Source: Bryobacter sp.
GTDB taxonomy: Bacteria; Acidobacteriota; Terriglobia; Bryobacterales; Bryobacteraceae
Assembly (NCBI GenBank): GCA_044376335.1
Contig: JBIPMY010000001.1
Location: forward strand, 1-59,072
Direction of reading: 5' to 3'
Length of the DNA: 59,072 nucleotides
The position numbers were made by a program, and so were the translations under genes. Within the stretch, counting starts at the first letter, position 1; each line of letters opens with the position of its first letter. Below the pieces are notes generated by a model. It was not told the origin of the DNA. It made no database searches and was given only the letters and a program-made list of their open reading frames with translations. Of this stretch, positions 1 to 8,276 are shown piece by piece.

Positions 1-73
1 TCAGCCGTCCGACATAGTCCTTGATATTGCGCTGAAATTCAGTCACAGAACGAACTTCTCTCAAATCGATCAT
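1..73 (-). CDS. Phd/YefM-family antitoxin, 5' part only (runs off the window edge; missing from the ORF track)
   Basis: Minus strand reads GGAGG-ttgcc-ATG, then MIDLREVRSVTEFQRNIKDYVGRL, open to the edge. The S(V/L)T(E/D)F.RN pattern is typical of Phd/YefM N-termini. Confidence 0.7.
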   Translation of the reverse strand, partial: MIDLREVRSVTEFQRNIKDYVGRL

Positions 74-242
74 GGCAACCTCCATCATGCTTAAAGCAGA
101 TAATTCAACGATAACTGCTCTCGGGTACAAAGCATCCCTGGACCCGCGCGCTACAGCTTTAGAGCGCTGCGGCTTAGAAGCCACGATCGACCCCTTCGAA
201 TTGGCCGAACAGAACGTGAACCTGGTATATGAAATTTACTCG

Positions 243-596
243 TTACGATCTGGACTTCTGTTTGTTTGTCAGAACCAAACAGCTCTCTGATGTCTCCTCG
301 TGGAAGGCTTTAACCCGCGATTCGGCAAGAACCAGCAAGGACTCAATAGCAGAAGTCGGACAATTTCCTACCTTCAGCCAGATCACTTTGGGTGGGCACC
401 CAAAAAGAACGCTACGGTCATAAAAATCCGAGTCCTTGGAAACCAACGTGTAGCCTTGCGATTTGGCAAATCCCCAGATCGTGGCATCGTCCGACCTATC
501 CAGTCCTTCGCTTGATACATGGGTCGAGTTTGGATACATAGCTTGCAAGGATCGCACCAGGCGGGACGACAGATTTTCGTCCAGCAGCAATTTCAT
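243..596 (-). CDS. DUF5615 (Mut7-C/PIN-like, VapC45-type) toxin
   Basis: MKLLLDENLS start, D..IW.FA, SKDSDF, PPKVIWL.GN motifs; 4-nt overlap with the upstream DUF433 gene. Confidence 0.9.
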   Translation of the reverse strand: MKLLLDENLSSRLVRSLQAMYPNSTHVSSEGLDRSDDATIWGFAKSQGYTLVSKDSDFYDRSVLFGCPPKVIWLKVGNCPTSAIESLLVLAESRVKAFHEETSESCLVLTNKQKSRS

Positions 597-817
597 GCGC
601 TAAAGAGTTCGAGCTTTCGCTCCCGGTCTGCAGCATAAGCGAGGCAGGCTCGAATGTCCGTTTCGGTGAGCGATGGGAAATCACGCAAAATCTCCTCGTG
701 GCTCATACCGGACGCCAGATACTCCAGCACATCATAGACAGTCATCCGTAAATCACGAATGCACGGCTTGCCACTGCGCTTGCCTGCTTCTATGGTGATG
801 ATTTCGGAATATCCCAT
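593..817 (-). CDS. DUF433 antitoxin (VapB45-type)
   Basis: GKRSGKPCIR..R.TV.DVL..LASGMS.EEIL.DFP.L...DI.ACL.YAA signature. Confidence 0.92.
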   Translation of the reverse strand: MGYSEIITIEAGKRSGKPCIRDLRMTVYDVLEYLASGMSHEEILRDFPSLTETDIRACLAYAADRERKLELFSA

Positions 818-1028
818 ATCCTCAACCTACGTCATGTCGGCAACAAGTGCAACCTGCCAGAAAGTCCCGACCTGCTGATTACAACCTCCAAAGATTAAGC
901 CCGAAGTCGTTCACAACAATTTTCAACTTTCTTTTCCCCCTAACCTGCTGATTCCAGACAAAATCAGCCCGGCCCAAGGATTAAAACGCTCACCCCGCCT
1001 GCTAATTTCTGCTCAGGACCACGAACCC

Positions 1029-1616
1029 ATGACTGAAGAACTCAACATTGCTGACGAACCATCAACCGTGGAAAACAAACCACGCAAGAAAACCATGTCC
1101 GAAGCGGCCCTCGCCGCCAACCGCGCCAATGCTAAAAAGTGCACCGGCCCCAAAACCCGCGAAGGGAAATTCAAATCCAGCCTCAACGCCCTCAAGCACG
1201 GCACCTACAGCCACAACTTCATCCTCAAAACCGAAGACGCCGGCACCTTCGAAAACTTTTCCAAATCCTTCATCGACGAGTTCCAGCCCGAAACCCCATC
1301 CGAACTCGAACTCCTGAAGCAACTCATCTCCGTCGCCTGGCGTCGCAACCGCATCGCCGAACTCATCCAGCTCCGTATCAACCAGGCCATCGATGACACC
1401 ATAGCCATAAGCGAACCACAACCCGCTGCAAACATCACCCTACGCGCATTCGAAAAACTGGAGAACGAAAAGCCCTCCTTCGCCCGCCAGGAAGCCCACG
1501 AGCTCCGCCTCGCCAATCTCTTCCAGCGCACCCTCTGCCGTCTCAATGCCATCAACGATAAAAAACGCAGGAACGAAACCAAATTCATCCGGGACCGCTT
1601 ATCCTTCGCTGCCTAA
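1029..1616 (+). CDS. Uncharacterised protein with an ANR.NA..(S/C)TGP.T.EGK..S..NALKHG motif
   Basis: 195-aa ORF. The N-terminal motif resembles the GPKT.EGK...NALKHG segment of HGGxSTG-associated hypothetical proteins; the remainder looks helical. Confidence 0.7.
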   Translation: MTEELNIADEPSTVENKPRKKTMSEAALAANRANAKKCTGPKTREGKFKSSLNALKHGTYSHNFILKTEDAGTFENFSKSFIDEFQPETPSELELLKQLISVAWRRNRIAELIQLRINQAIDDTIAISEPQPAANITLRAFEKLENEKPSFARQEAHELRLANLFQRTLCRLNAINDKKRRNETKFIRDRLSFAA

Positions 1617-1725
1617 CCCAGCGTCCAACAACCACCCTCAACCCCCGCCCGGGACAGTCCAAAACAACGCCGGGCCTGCTCTTTGACATCCAGCCAGATA
1701 CGTTAAAAACAACCAAAGCCCGAAC

Positions 1726-1782
1726 TGTGTCTGGCGGCATTTGGTCTAAGCCTTCAAATCAGACAAAACGCCGCCAGACACA
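1726..1782. repeat. Inverted repeat / hairpin between convergent genes (possible bidirectional terminator or REP-like element)
   Basis: TGTGTCTGGCGGC (1726-1738) and GCCGCCAGACACA (1770-1782) are a perfect 13-bp pair, extendable inward with two mismatches. Confidence 0.65.
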
Positions 1783-1794
1783 CTTGCGAAACGG

Positions 1795-2025
1795 TTAATC
1801 TACCGATACCCGAGTCCCGCGAGACTCCTCCGGCCTTGTCAGTTTCTCGATGCGGTGATCGAGCAATTCACGCAGCCCCTTCAATACTTCAACACTTGCA
1901 TTCCGAAAGTGCTGCGAGACACCTTCGGGCACATCCAGCGCCTGCTTCACCACGCGCGAAAGTTCCGGCCCCGCACCACCACACACACACTGGCCGCAGC
2001 CCTTCTCAGCAACAGGTTCAGACAT
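1795..2025 (-). CDS. Small hypothetical protein downstream of the ArsA-like ATPase
   Basis: 76 aa, AGGAG RBS, co-oriented 32 nt after the ATPase. CGQCVC near the N-terminus, amphipathic helix, C-terminal RVSVD. Confidence 0.7.
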   Translation of the reverse strand: MSEPVAEKGCGQCVCGGAGPELSRVVKQALDVPEGVSQHFRNASVEVLKGLRELLDHRIEKLTRPEESRGTRVSVD

Positions 2026-2057
2026 AATTTACTCCTGACTTTGATTATCACCCGACC

Positions 2058-3254
2058 CTAGCCGGCAGCTTCCAGCTCTACCCGCAGATAGCCCTCTTCC
2101 AGCCGGGCCCGCTTGGGGGTCAACCCAACCATCGTCGCCGGCAACCCGATATGACGCCGCAATGAGCCAATCTCCACCACCAACTCATCGTTCTTCTTGA
2201 AGAGCCCAATCTCGCCCTTCTGCGCAAACGGCATGTGCAGCTTCACTACATAGCGCGCCTCACCGGTCTTTTCAAACGTGTAGCTGCGCTCAGAGCGCAA
2301 CGCAAGCGACGGGTCTTCATCAACACCATAAGCGGCCTGTGCCAGCCGGTCCAGCCGCTCCATCCCGACAACCTCTTCGGTAAACAAAGGCACCTGACGC
2401 ACCTTCAGCGGTTGAAAGTAAGTCTCAATCTCACCGAGTACCCGTTGCTGCGATTCGCGCCAGCCGGCAAAGAAATCGCCGCCCCCCACTCCCTCGGGCA
2501 TCACACGATTCACGATAATGTCGTCTACCGTCATCCCATGCAGCGCAAAGTACACAAAGGCCCGCTGCGTTTCTCGCATCACCATCTGCTCCGGGTTGGT
2601 CACCAGCCGCACTGAAGTCACGGCCGGGTCTTCCAGCACTTGATCCACTCCCTCAAGACGGTGAAACAAATCGAGAATATTCCCAAAGTAAGAGTCTGAA
2701 GGCAGCTCCACCGGCGAGATCCGGTTTGCAATCGGCCTCACTGCCTTGAAGAGATTACGCTGCATCGGAAACACATGCTTCATATACCAGTCGAGTGTTC
2801 TTGGCATTGAGATGAATCGAATGCTCTCAGCAGTAGGGGCACAGTCCAGCACGATCACGTCGTACTTGCCTTCTTTGCGGTAGAGATTCACATACATCAG
2901 CGCGCTGATCTCTTCCATGCCAGGAAAAATCGCCAGCTCCTCAGCCTCCACCCCGCTCAACCCCGTAGTACGCAATACGCTGGTGATGTACTGCGCAATC
3001 TCGCCCCAGTAACGCTTCACTTCTTTCTGGATCTTCAACTCAAAGATGTCCAGATTCGGCCGCATCGTAAGCGGCTCTGAAGTACTGCCATGAAAGAGAT
3101 CCCCAGGCAGGCCAAACGAATCCCCCAGCGAGTGCGCTGGGTCGACACTCATCACCAGCGTCCTGTAACCTCTTTGAGCCAGCCGCAGCCCCGTTGCCGC
3201 CGACAATGACGTCTTGCCCGTCCCACCCTTACCTGAATAGAGAAGAATCCTCAT
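2058..3254 (-). CDS. ArsA/Get3 (TRC40)-family ATPase with C-terminal HSP20-like domain
   Basis: Start reassigned to MRILLYSGKGGTGKT (deviant Walker A). DPAHSL switch I, DCAPT switch II; single ATPase domain plus a beta-rich tail (ELVVEIGSLRRHIGLP...ARLEEGYLRVEL). Confidence 0.9.
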   Translation of the reverse strand: MRILLYSGKGGTGKTSLSAATGLRLAQRGYRTLVMSVDPAHSLGDSFGLPGDLFHGSTSEPLTMRPNLDIFELKIQKEVKRYWGEIAQYITSVLRTTGLSGVEAEELAIFPGMEEISALMYVNLYRKEGKYDVIVLDCAPTAESIRFISMPRTLDWYMKHVFPMQRNLFKAVRPIANRISPVELPSDSYFGNILDLFHRLEGVDQVLEDPAVTSVRLVTNPEQMVMRETQRAFVYFALHGMTVDDIIVNRVMPEGVGGGDFFAGWRESQQRVLGEIETYFQPLKVRQVPLFTEEVVGMERLDRLAQAAYGVDEDPSLALRSERSYTFEKTGEARYVVKLHMPFAQKGEIGLFKKNDELVVEIGSLRRHIGLPATMVGLTPKRARLEEGYLRVELEAAG

Positions 3255-3398
3255 GCACTCATCCGATGCATGCCAACAGCCAAACGGCGGAAGATCTCTA
3301 TAGCCGCAATTGCGCACCGCCAGGGGGATCTACTACTTCAGTTCCAGTACGAAACCGAATCTGCCATTCCAAATCTTTACGCACAATCCATCAGACCC

Positions 3399-3959
3399 AT
3401 GAAAATACTTACTTTGTTCTTACTGTCTGTTGCTCTTTCGAGCGCCACCACAATTCACTTTGAGTCCCTCAGCACTACCTTCGCCTCGTCCTATACCGAA
3501 TCGGGCGTTACCTTCACTGCCATTACCGGAGCTGGCCTGCGGGGCCAAACCTCGCCAAACGGCTCCATCGGTATCGCCGGTTATGCTTCTCCCTTCTCTC
3601 TGATAAAGGCATCCATCGCTGGAGGCGCAAAATTCGTTTCCGTCGGGCTCGGCGACATTGGCTCAGACTCCGACAATCTTGTCCTCAGCATCTACGATTC
3701 CTCAGACAATCTCCTCGGCTCAACGTCTTTGTTGATCCCCTCATCCAATGCTCTGCTGAATACCTTATCCCTTAACTCTGCTACCGATATTGCCTATGCC
3801 ATCTTCGGATCCACCGCCCCTTCAGTCTCGGGCAGTTCGATAATCGGTGATGAGTTTACATACCTCAACGAATCGCCGGTCCCTGAGCCGGCTTCCCTGC
3901 TTCTTTCCCTGACAGCCTTGGGCTTATTGGCTGGCTATAGACGCGCATCCAGCAACTAG
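3399..3959 (+). CDS. PEP-CTERM sorting-domain protein
   Basis: Signal peptide MKILTLFLLSVALSSA; C-terminal VPEPASLLL + TM helix + RR. Confidence 0.9.
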   Translation: MKILTLFLLSVALSSATTIHFESLSTTFASSYTESGVTFTAITGAGLRGQTSPNGSIGIAGYASPFSLIKASIAGGAKFVSVGLGDIGSDSDNLVLSIYDSSDNLLGSTSLLIPSSNALLNTLSLNSATDIAYAIFGSTAPSVSGSSIIGDEFTYLNESPVPEPASLLLSLTALGLLAGYRRASSN

Positions 3960-3993
3960 TGGTGCACTAGCAAACTTTTCCAATCAGTTCCGG

Positions 3994-4554
3994 CTACGAG
4001 AGAATTGCCTGAATCGTAGCCGGATAAAGCTTGTGCTCCTGCTCCAGAATTCTTGCGCTAAGAGTCTCTTCGGTGTCATCCGGCTGCACTGCCACTTCGG
4101 CTTGAGCAATGATGGGCCCGGTGTCGAGCCCCTCGTCCACCCAGTGAACAGTGCATCCAGTCACCTTCACACCTGCATCGAATGCCTGCTTCTGCGCATG
4201 TAAGCCAGGAAAGGCCGGCAGCAGCGAAGGGTGAATGTTTACAATTCTTCCAGCGAACGCAGCAATGAAGTCTTTACTGAGCAACCGCATATAGCCGGCC
4301 AGGCAAACCAGATCCACACCCGCATCGTTGAGAATCTGAATCACCTGCTGGTCAAACTCCGCACGAGGCACACCCCGGGACGAGAGCGCATGAACCGGCA
4401 AGCCCTTCTCACGCGCATAAGCTACCCCACCGGCATCAGGGACATTCGAGATCACGCAGGCAATCTCAGCCTGCACCTCGCCACGCTCAACAGCTCGATG
4501 GATCGCCTGAAAATTCGACCCGCGCCCACTCAACAGGATGCCGATACGCTTCAC
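3994..4554 (-). CDS. purN: Phosphoribosylglycinamide formyltransferase
   Basis: LSGRGSN, LAGYMRLL, NIHPSLLPAFPG, GCTVHWV...D.GPII motifs; overlaps the purM stop. Confidence 0.97.
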   Translation of the reverse strand: MKRIGILLSGRGSNFQAIHRAVERGEVQAEIACVISNVPDAGGVAYAREKGLPVHALSSRGVPRAEFDQQVIQILNDAGVDLVCLAGYMRLLSKDFIAAFAGRIVNIHPSLLPAFPGLHAQKQAFDAGVKVTGCTVHWVDEGLDTGPIIAQAEVAVQPDDTEETLSARILEQEHKLYPATIQAILS

Positions 4555-5585
4555 GCGTAAATCACTTTCGGCTTCTCACTCTTCTTGCCCTTCACCACAC
4601 GCCCCACTTCAATGGGAGCAAAGCCGGCCTTCACCAGGGCTTTAGTGGACTTCTCAACGTCCGCAGCCGCGACGCAAACGATCATGCCGATCCCGAGATT
4701 GAAGGTACGGCGCCAATCATCCTCAGGCACCTGCCCGATCTCCCGCAGCAATTCAAACAAGGCCGGAACCTTCCAGCTCTTCTTCACAATCTTCGCGTTG
4801 GTACCCGCCGGCAACATGCGCGGCGTATTGTCGGTAATGCCCCCACCGGTAATGTGCGCGGCACCTTTCAGCACCTTGATCTTCCGCAGCGCCCGCAATG
4901 CATTGGCATAGCTCAGGTGCACGCGCAGCAGCGCATCGCCCACGCTTTCGCCGAGTTCAGGCAACACGGTCGTTACCTTGTACTTCGCTACCTCAAAGAG
5001 CAGCTTGCGAGCGAGCGAATAGCCATTGGTATGCAAACCATCGCTCGGCAGCCCGAGCAAAACATCGCCCGGCTCAATCGCGGCACCAGTGATCAGTTGC
5101 TTCTCTTCGCAAGCCCCGACGATAAAGCCTGCGACGTCGTATTCGCCCTTCTTGTAAAGCCCGGGCATCTCGGCGGTTTCTCCGCCAATCAGGGCGCAGG
5201 CATTACGCTCGCAGCCGCGGGCAATGCCGCGAATCACGCTCGAGGCAATAGCCGAATCCAGCTCACCCATGGCAAAGTAATCGAGGAAGAACAACGGCTC
5301 GGCCCCCTGCACCATGATGTCGTTGACACAGTGGTTCACCAGGCACTCACCAACGGTGTCGTGCTTCTTTGCGGCGATAGCTACCTTGAGCTTGGTGCCA
5401 ATTCCATCGGCACTCGAGATCAAAACGGGCTGCTTGTAACCTTTGATACGGAAAGCAGCGCCAAAGCTACCAATGCCTGTAAGCACGTTGGAAGAGAAGG
5501 TTCTTTTGGCGGCATCCTTGATCGACTCGACGGTTTTTTCGCCTTCTTCGATGCTGACGCCAGCTTGACTATAAGTTATGGGCAT
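4551..5585 (-). CDS. purM: Phosphoribosylformylglycinamidine cyclo-ligase
   Basis: DGIGTK, GAEPLFFLDY, GGETAEMPG, GLHTNGYSL, HITGGG, TFNLGIG motifs. Confidence 0.97.
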   Translation of the reverse strand: MPITYSQAGVSIEEGEKTVESIKDAAKRTFSSNVLTGIGSFGAAFRIKGYKQPVLISSADGIGTKLKVAIAAKKHDTVGECLVNHCVNDIMVQGAEPLFFLDYFAMGELDSAIASSVIRGIARGCERNACALIGGETAEMPGLYKKGEYDVAGFIVGACEEKQLITGAAIEPGDVLLGLPSDGLHTNGYSLARKLLFEVAKYKVTTVLPELGESVGDALLRVHLSYANALRALRKIKVLKGAAHITGGGITDNTPRMLPAGTNAKIVKKSWKVPALFELLREIGQVPEDDWRRTFNLGIGMIVCVAAADVEKSTKALVKAGFAPIEVGRVVKGKKSEKPKVIYA

Positions 5586-5618
5586 GAATGGGAAATCTTC
5601 TATACTTTAGCAATCCAT

Positions 5619-6950
5619 ATGACGATACGGCGCCGACAATTCCTTAAATCCGCCGCCTGCGCCTTCACCGCTACCGGTCTTTTCGCGCAGGGCAGGCCTC
5701 CAATACTCATCAGAAACGCGAAAATCGTCCCCGTCAGCGGGCCGGTTCTTGCCAGGGGCGCAGTCCTTGTCGAGAACGGTTTTATCACCGCTGTAGGCGA
5801 ATCAATCCCCCCGCCAGCGGGCGCACAGATCATCGAAGGCGAGGGCCTCACGGTATACCCCGGCCTCATCGACGGCCTCTCGACTCTGGGTCTCGACGCA
5901 GCACCCACCGCTGGCCTTGCCTTGCCTCAAGTCCGTGGTGCCGGAGGCCCGCCACCAACACCTGCGGCAACTATTTCACGAGGCCCCGAAGATCGCCCCC
6001 TCACCACGCCCTGGATCAAAGCTGCAGACCTTGTAAAGACAACAGACCGCCGCCTGCCGCTAGCACGCGCTGCCGGCTTCACCAGCGCTGTCACCTTCCC
6101 CACAACCGGGATCTTTGCCGGGCAGGGTGCCGTCATTAACCTCGCCGCTGAGCGGGCGGGCCAGATGATCGTCGCTCCTTCGGTTGGTATGTACACCACC
6201 CTGTCCACCAACCGTGGCGGCGGCTTTCCCAACTCGTTGATGGGCGTCATCGCCTATCTGCGTCAAACCTATATCGACGCAGACCACTACAAGACCGCGA
6301 CCGAAATGTTTGCGAAGAACCCGCAACTCGCCCGGCCCGCCTATGAGCGTGCTCTTGAAGGCATCCTCGAAGCACCCCGGACGCTCTTCCCTGCCGTTCG
6401 CGCCTACGAGATCGACCGCATGATCCGCCTCACCAAAGACTTCCCCACCAAGCCAATCCTCTACGGCTTGCACGAAGCCTTCCGTCGTGGAGACGAGCTT
6501 GCCAAGGCCGGCCTTCCTGCCATCGTGAACCTGCGCTGGCCCGAAGCTCCTCGCGATCAGGACCCCGAAGATCATGAAGACATCAAGGTGCTGGAACTTC
6601 GCGACAAGGCGCCTTCAACCCCGGGCATTCTCGCCAAAGCGGGCGTTAAGTTCACCTTCTCGAGCATCGGTGTGGACAGCCCTGCCGCTACGATTCGGGC
6701 AGTGAAAAAGGCGATCGACGCGGGCCTTCCTGCTGCCGACGCCCTCCGCGCAATGACTCTTTCCGCCGCTGAGATCTTCGGCGTCCAAAGCCGTCTCGGC
6801 TCGATCGAGAAAGGCAAGATCGCCAATCTCACCATCACGAAGGGAGATCTCTTCCAGGATTCCACCCGCGTGCAATTTGTCCTCATTGACGGCGTCAAAT
6901 TCGACCCGGCACCAGAAGAAACACCCCAACGTCCGGAGTTCTCGCGATGA
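5619..6950 (+). CDS. Amidohydrolase-superfamily protein, Tat signal, HxH ligands absent
   Basis: Start reassigned to MTIRRRQFLK. Amidohydrolase termini present (VYPGLID, GSIEKGKIANL) but PGLIDGLST replaces D.HxH. Confidence 0.85.
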   Translation: MTIRRRQFLKSAACAFTATGLFAQGRPPILIRNAKIVPVSGPVLARGAVLVENGFITAVGESIPPPAGAQIIEGEGLTVYPGLIDGLSTLGLDAAPTAGLALPQVRGAGGPPPTPAATISRGPEDRPLTTPWIKAADLVKTTDRRLPLARAAGFTSAVTFPTTGIFAGQGAVINLAAERAGQMIVAPSVGMYTTLSTNRGGGFPNSLMGVIAYLRQTYIDADHYKTATEMFAKNPQLARPAYERALEGILEAPRTLFPAVRAYEIDRMIRLTKDFPTKPILYGLHEAFRRGDELAKAGLPAIVNLRWPEAPRDQDPEDHEDIKVLELRDKAPSTPGILAKAGVKFTFSSIGVDSPAATIRAVKKAIDAGLPAADALRAMTLSAAEIFGVQSRLGSIEKGKIANLTITKGDLFQDSTRVQFVLIDGVKFDPAPEETPQRPEFSR

Positions 6951-8275
6951 AATTTTCACTCTTCTTCCTACCCTGCCTCCTCCTTGCGGCCGATCCACCG
7001 CTGGTTGTGCAGAATGCCAACATCCTCACCGTCACCAAGGGCACCGTCAAGGGCTCGATCGTAGTTGAGAACGGCAAGATCAAAGAAGTCGGCGAGAAAG
7101 TGATGGTGCCGCCCGGTGCCAAAATCGTCGACGCCTCGGGCCAGTTCATTTTGCCCGGCATTATCGATAGCCACTCTCACATCGCCGCCGATTCAATCAA
7201 CGAAGGTTCAATCTCAGTCTCTTCAATGGTTCGCATCGAAGACGTACTGAACCCCGAAGACGTTGCCATCTACCGCGCAATCGCCGGTGGCACAACAATC
7301 GCCAACGTCCTGCACGGCAGCGCCAACGCCATCGGCGGCCAGAACAGCCTGATCAAGCTCCGCTGGGGCAAGAAGGCCGAAGAGATGTTCTGGGATAAGG
7401 CCCAACCGAGCATCAAGTTTGCACTGGGTGAAAACCCCAAGCGTCAGGGCAACCCCACCGGCGGCCGTGTCGGTGCAGCCAACGTCAACACACTCCGCTA
7501 CCCTGCCACCCGTATGGGCATCGAAGATGTCTATGTTGAGGCCTTCACCAGAGCTAAAGAATATCGAGAGTCCTGGAAAGACTACGAAGCCAAGAAAGCC
7601 AAGGGCGAAGCAGTGATTCCGCCGCGCCGTGACCTCCAACTGGAGCCACTTGTGGATGTACTGGAAGGCAAGCGCCTTGTCCATGTTCACGCCTATCGCG
7701 CTGACGAAATCCTGATGATGATCCGCATTGCAGAGCAAATTGGCTTCAAGATCACCAGCTTCGAACACATCCTCGAAGGCTACAAAGTGGCTAAGGAGAT
7801 GGCAAAGCACGGCTCGGCCGGCGCTGGCTTCAGCGACTGGTGGGCCTTCAAGATCGAGGCCTACGACGCCATTCCTTACAACATGGCGATCATGGCCCGC
7901 AAAGGCGTTCTCGCGAGCGTCAACTCAGACTCGGCCGACACCATCCGCCGCCTCAACACAGAAGCTGCCAAGACGATGAAGTACGGCGGCCTTACCGAAG
8001 AAGAGGCACTCAAGCTGGTCACCATCAATCCGGCAATTCACCTCAAGGTGGATAAATATGTCGGCTCGATCGAGCCCGGCAAAGACGCTGATTTCGTGAT
8101 CTGGGACAAGCACCCGCTCTCCAGCTTCGCCCGCGCACAGCAGGTTTACATCGATGGCGTGAAGTACTTTGACCGCGATGAAGACGCCAGTGCCCGCGTG
8201 AAGATCGAAGCGCAGAAGAAAGCGCTCGAAGATAAACTGCGCCGGCAGACCCCGGCCACAAGGAGACCTCAATAA
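6947..8275 (+). CDS. Secreted metal-dependent amidohydrolase
   Basis: Signal peptide; PGIIDSHSH, KFALGENPK, HVHAY, EH, NSD, GSIEPGKDADF. Confidence 0.9.
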   Translation: MKFSLFFLPCLLLAADPPLVVQNANILTVTKGTVKGSIVVENGKIKEVGEKVMVPPGAKIVDASGQFILPGIIDSHSHIAADSINEGSISVSSMVRIEDVLNPEDVAIYRAIAGGTTIANVLHGSANAIGGQNSLIKLRWGKKAEEMFWDKAQPSIKFALGENPKRQGNPTGGRVGAANVNTLRYPATRMGIEDVYVEAFTRAKEYRESWKDYEAKKAKGEAVIPPRRDLQLEPLVDVLEGKRLVHVHAYRADEILMMIRIAEQIGFKITSFEHILEGYKVAKEMAKHGSAGAGFSDWWAFKIEAYDAIPYNMAIMARKGVLASVNSDSADTIRRLNTEAAKTMKYGGLTEEEALKLVTINPAIHLKVDKYVGSIEPGKDADFVIWDKHPLSSFARAQQVYIDGVKYFDRDEDASARVKIEAQKKALEDKLRRQTPATRRPQ

Positions 8276-8276
8276 C

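Noticed and set aside
72-290. 72-aa plus-strand ORF between the TA modules
   Set aside because: No RBS or recognisable motif; overlaps the Phd start region and the toxin end.
2058-3254. Arsenic-resistance ArsA
   Set aside because: Single ATPase domain with an HSP20-like tail and no arsB/C/D/R nearby.
4854-5618. 255-codon N-terminal extension of the 698-aa ORF
   Set aside because: Antisense shadow of purM; the real start is the Tat signal at 5619.
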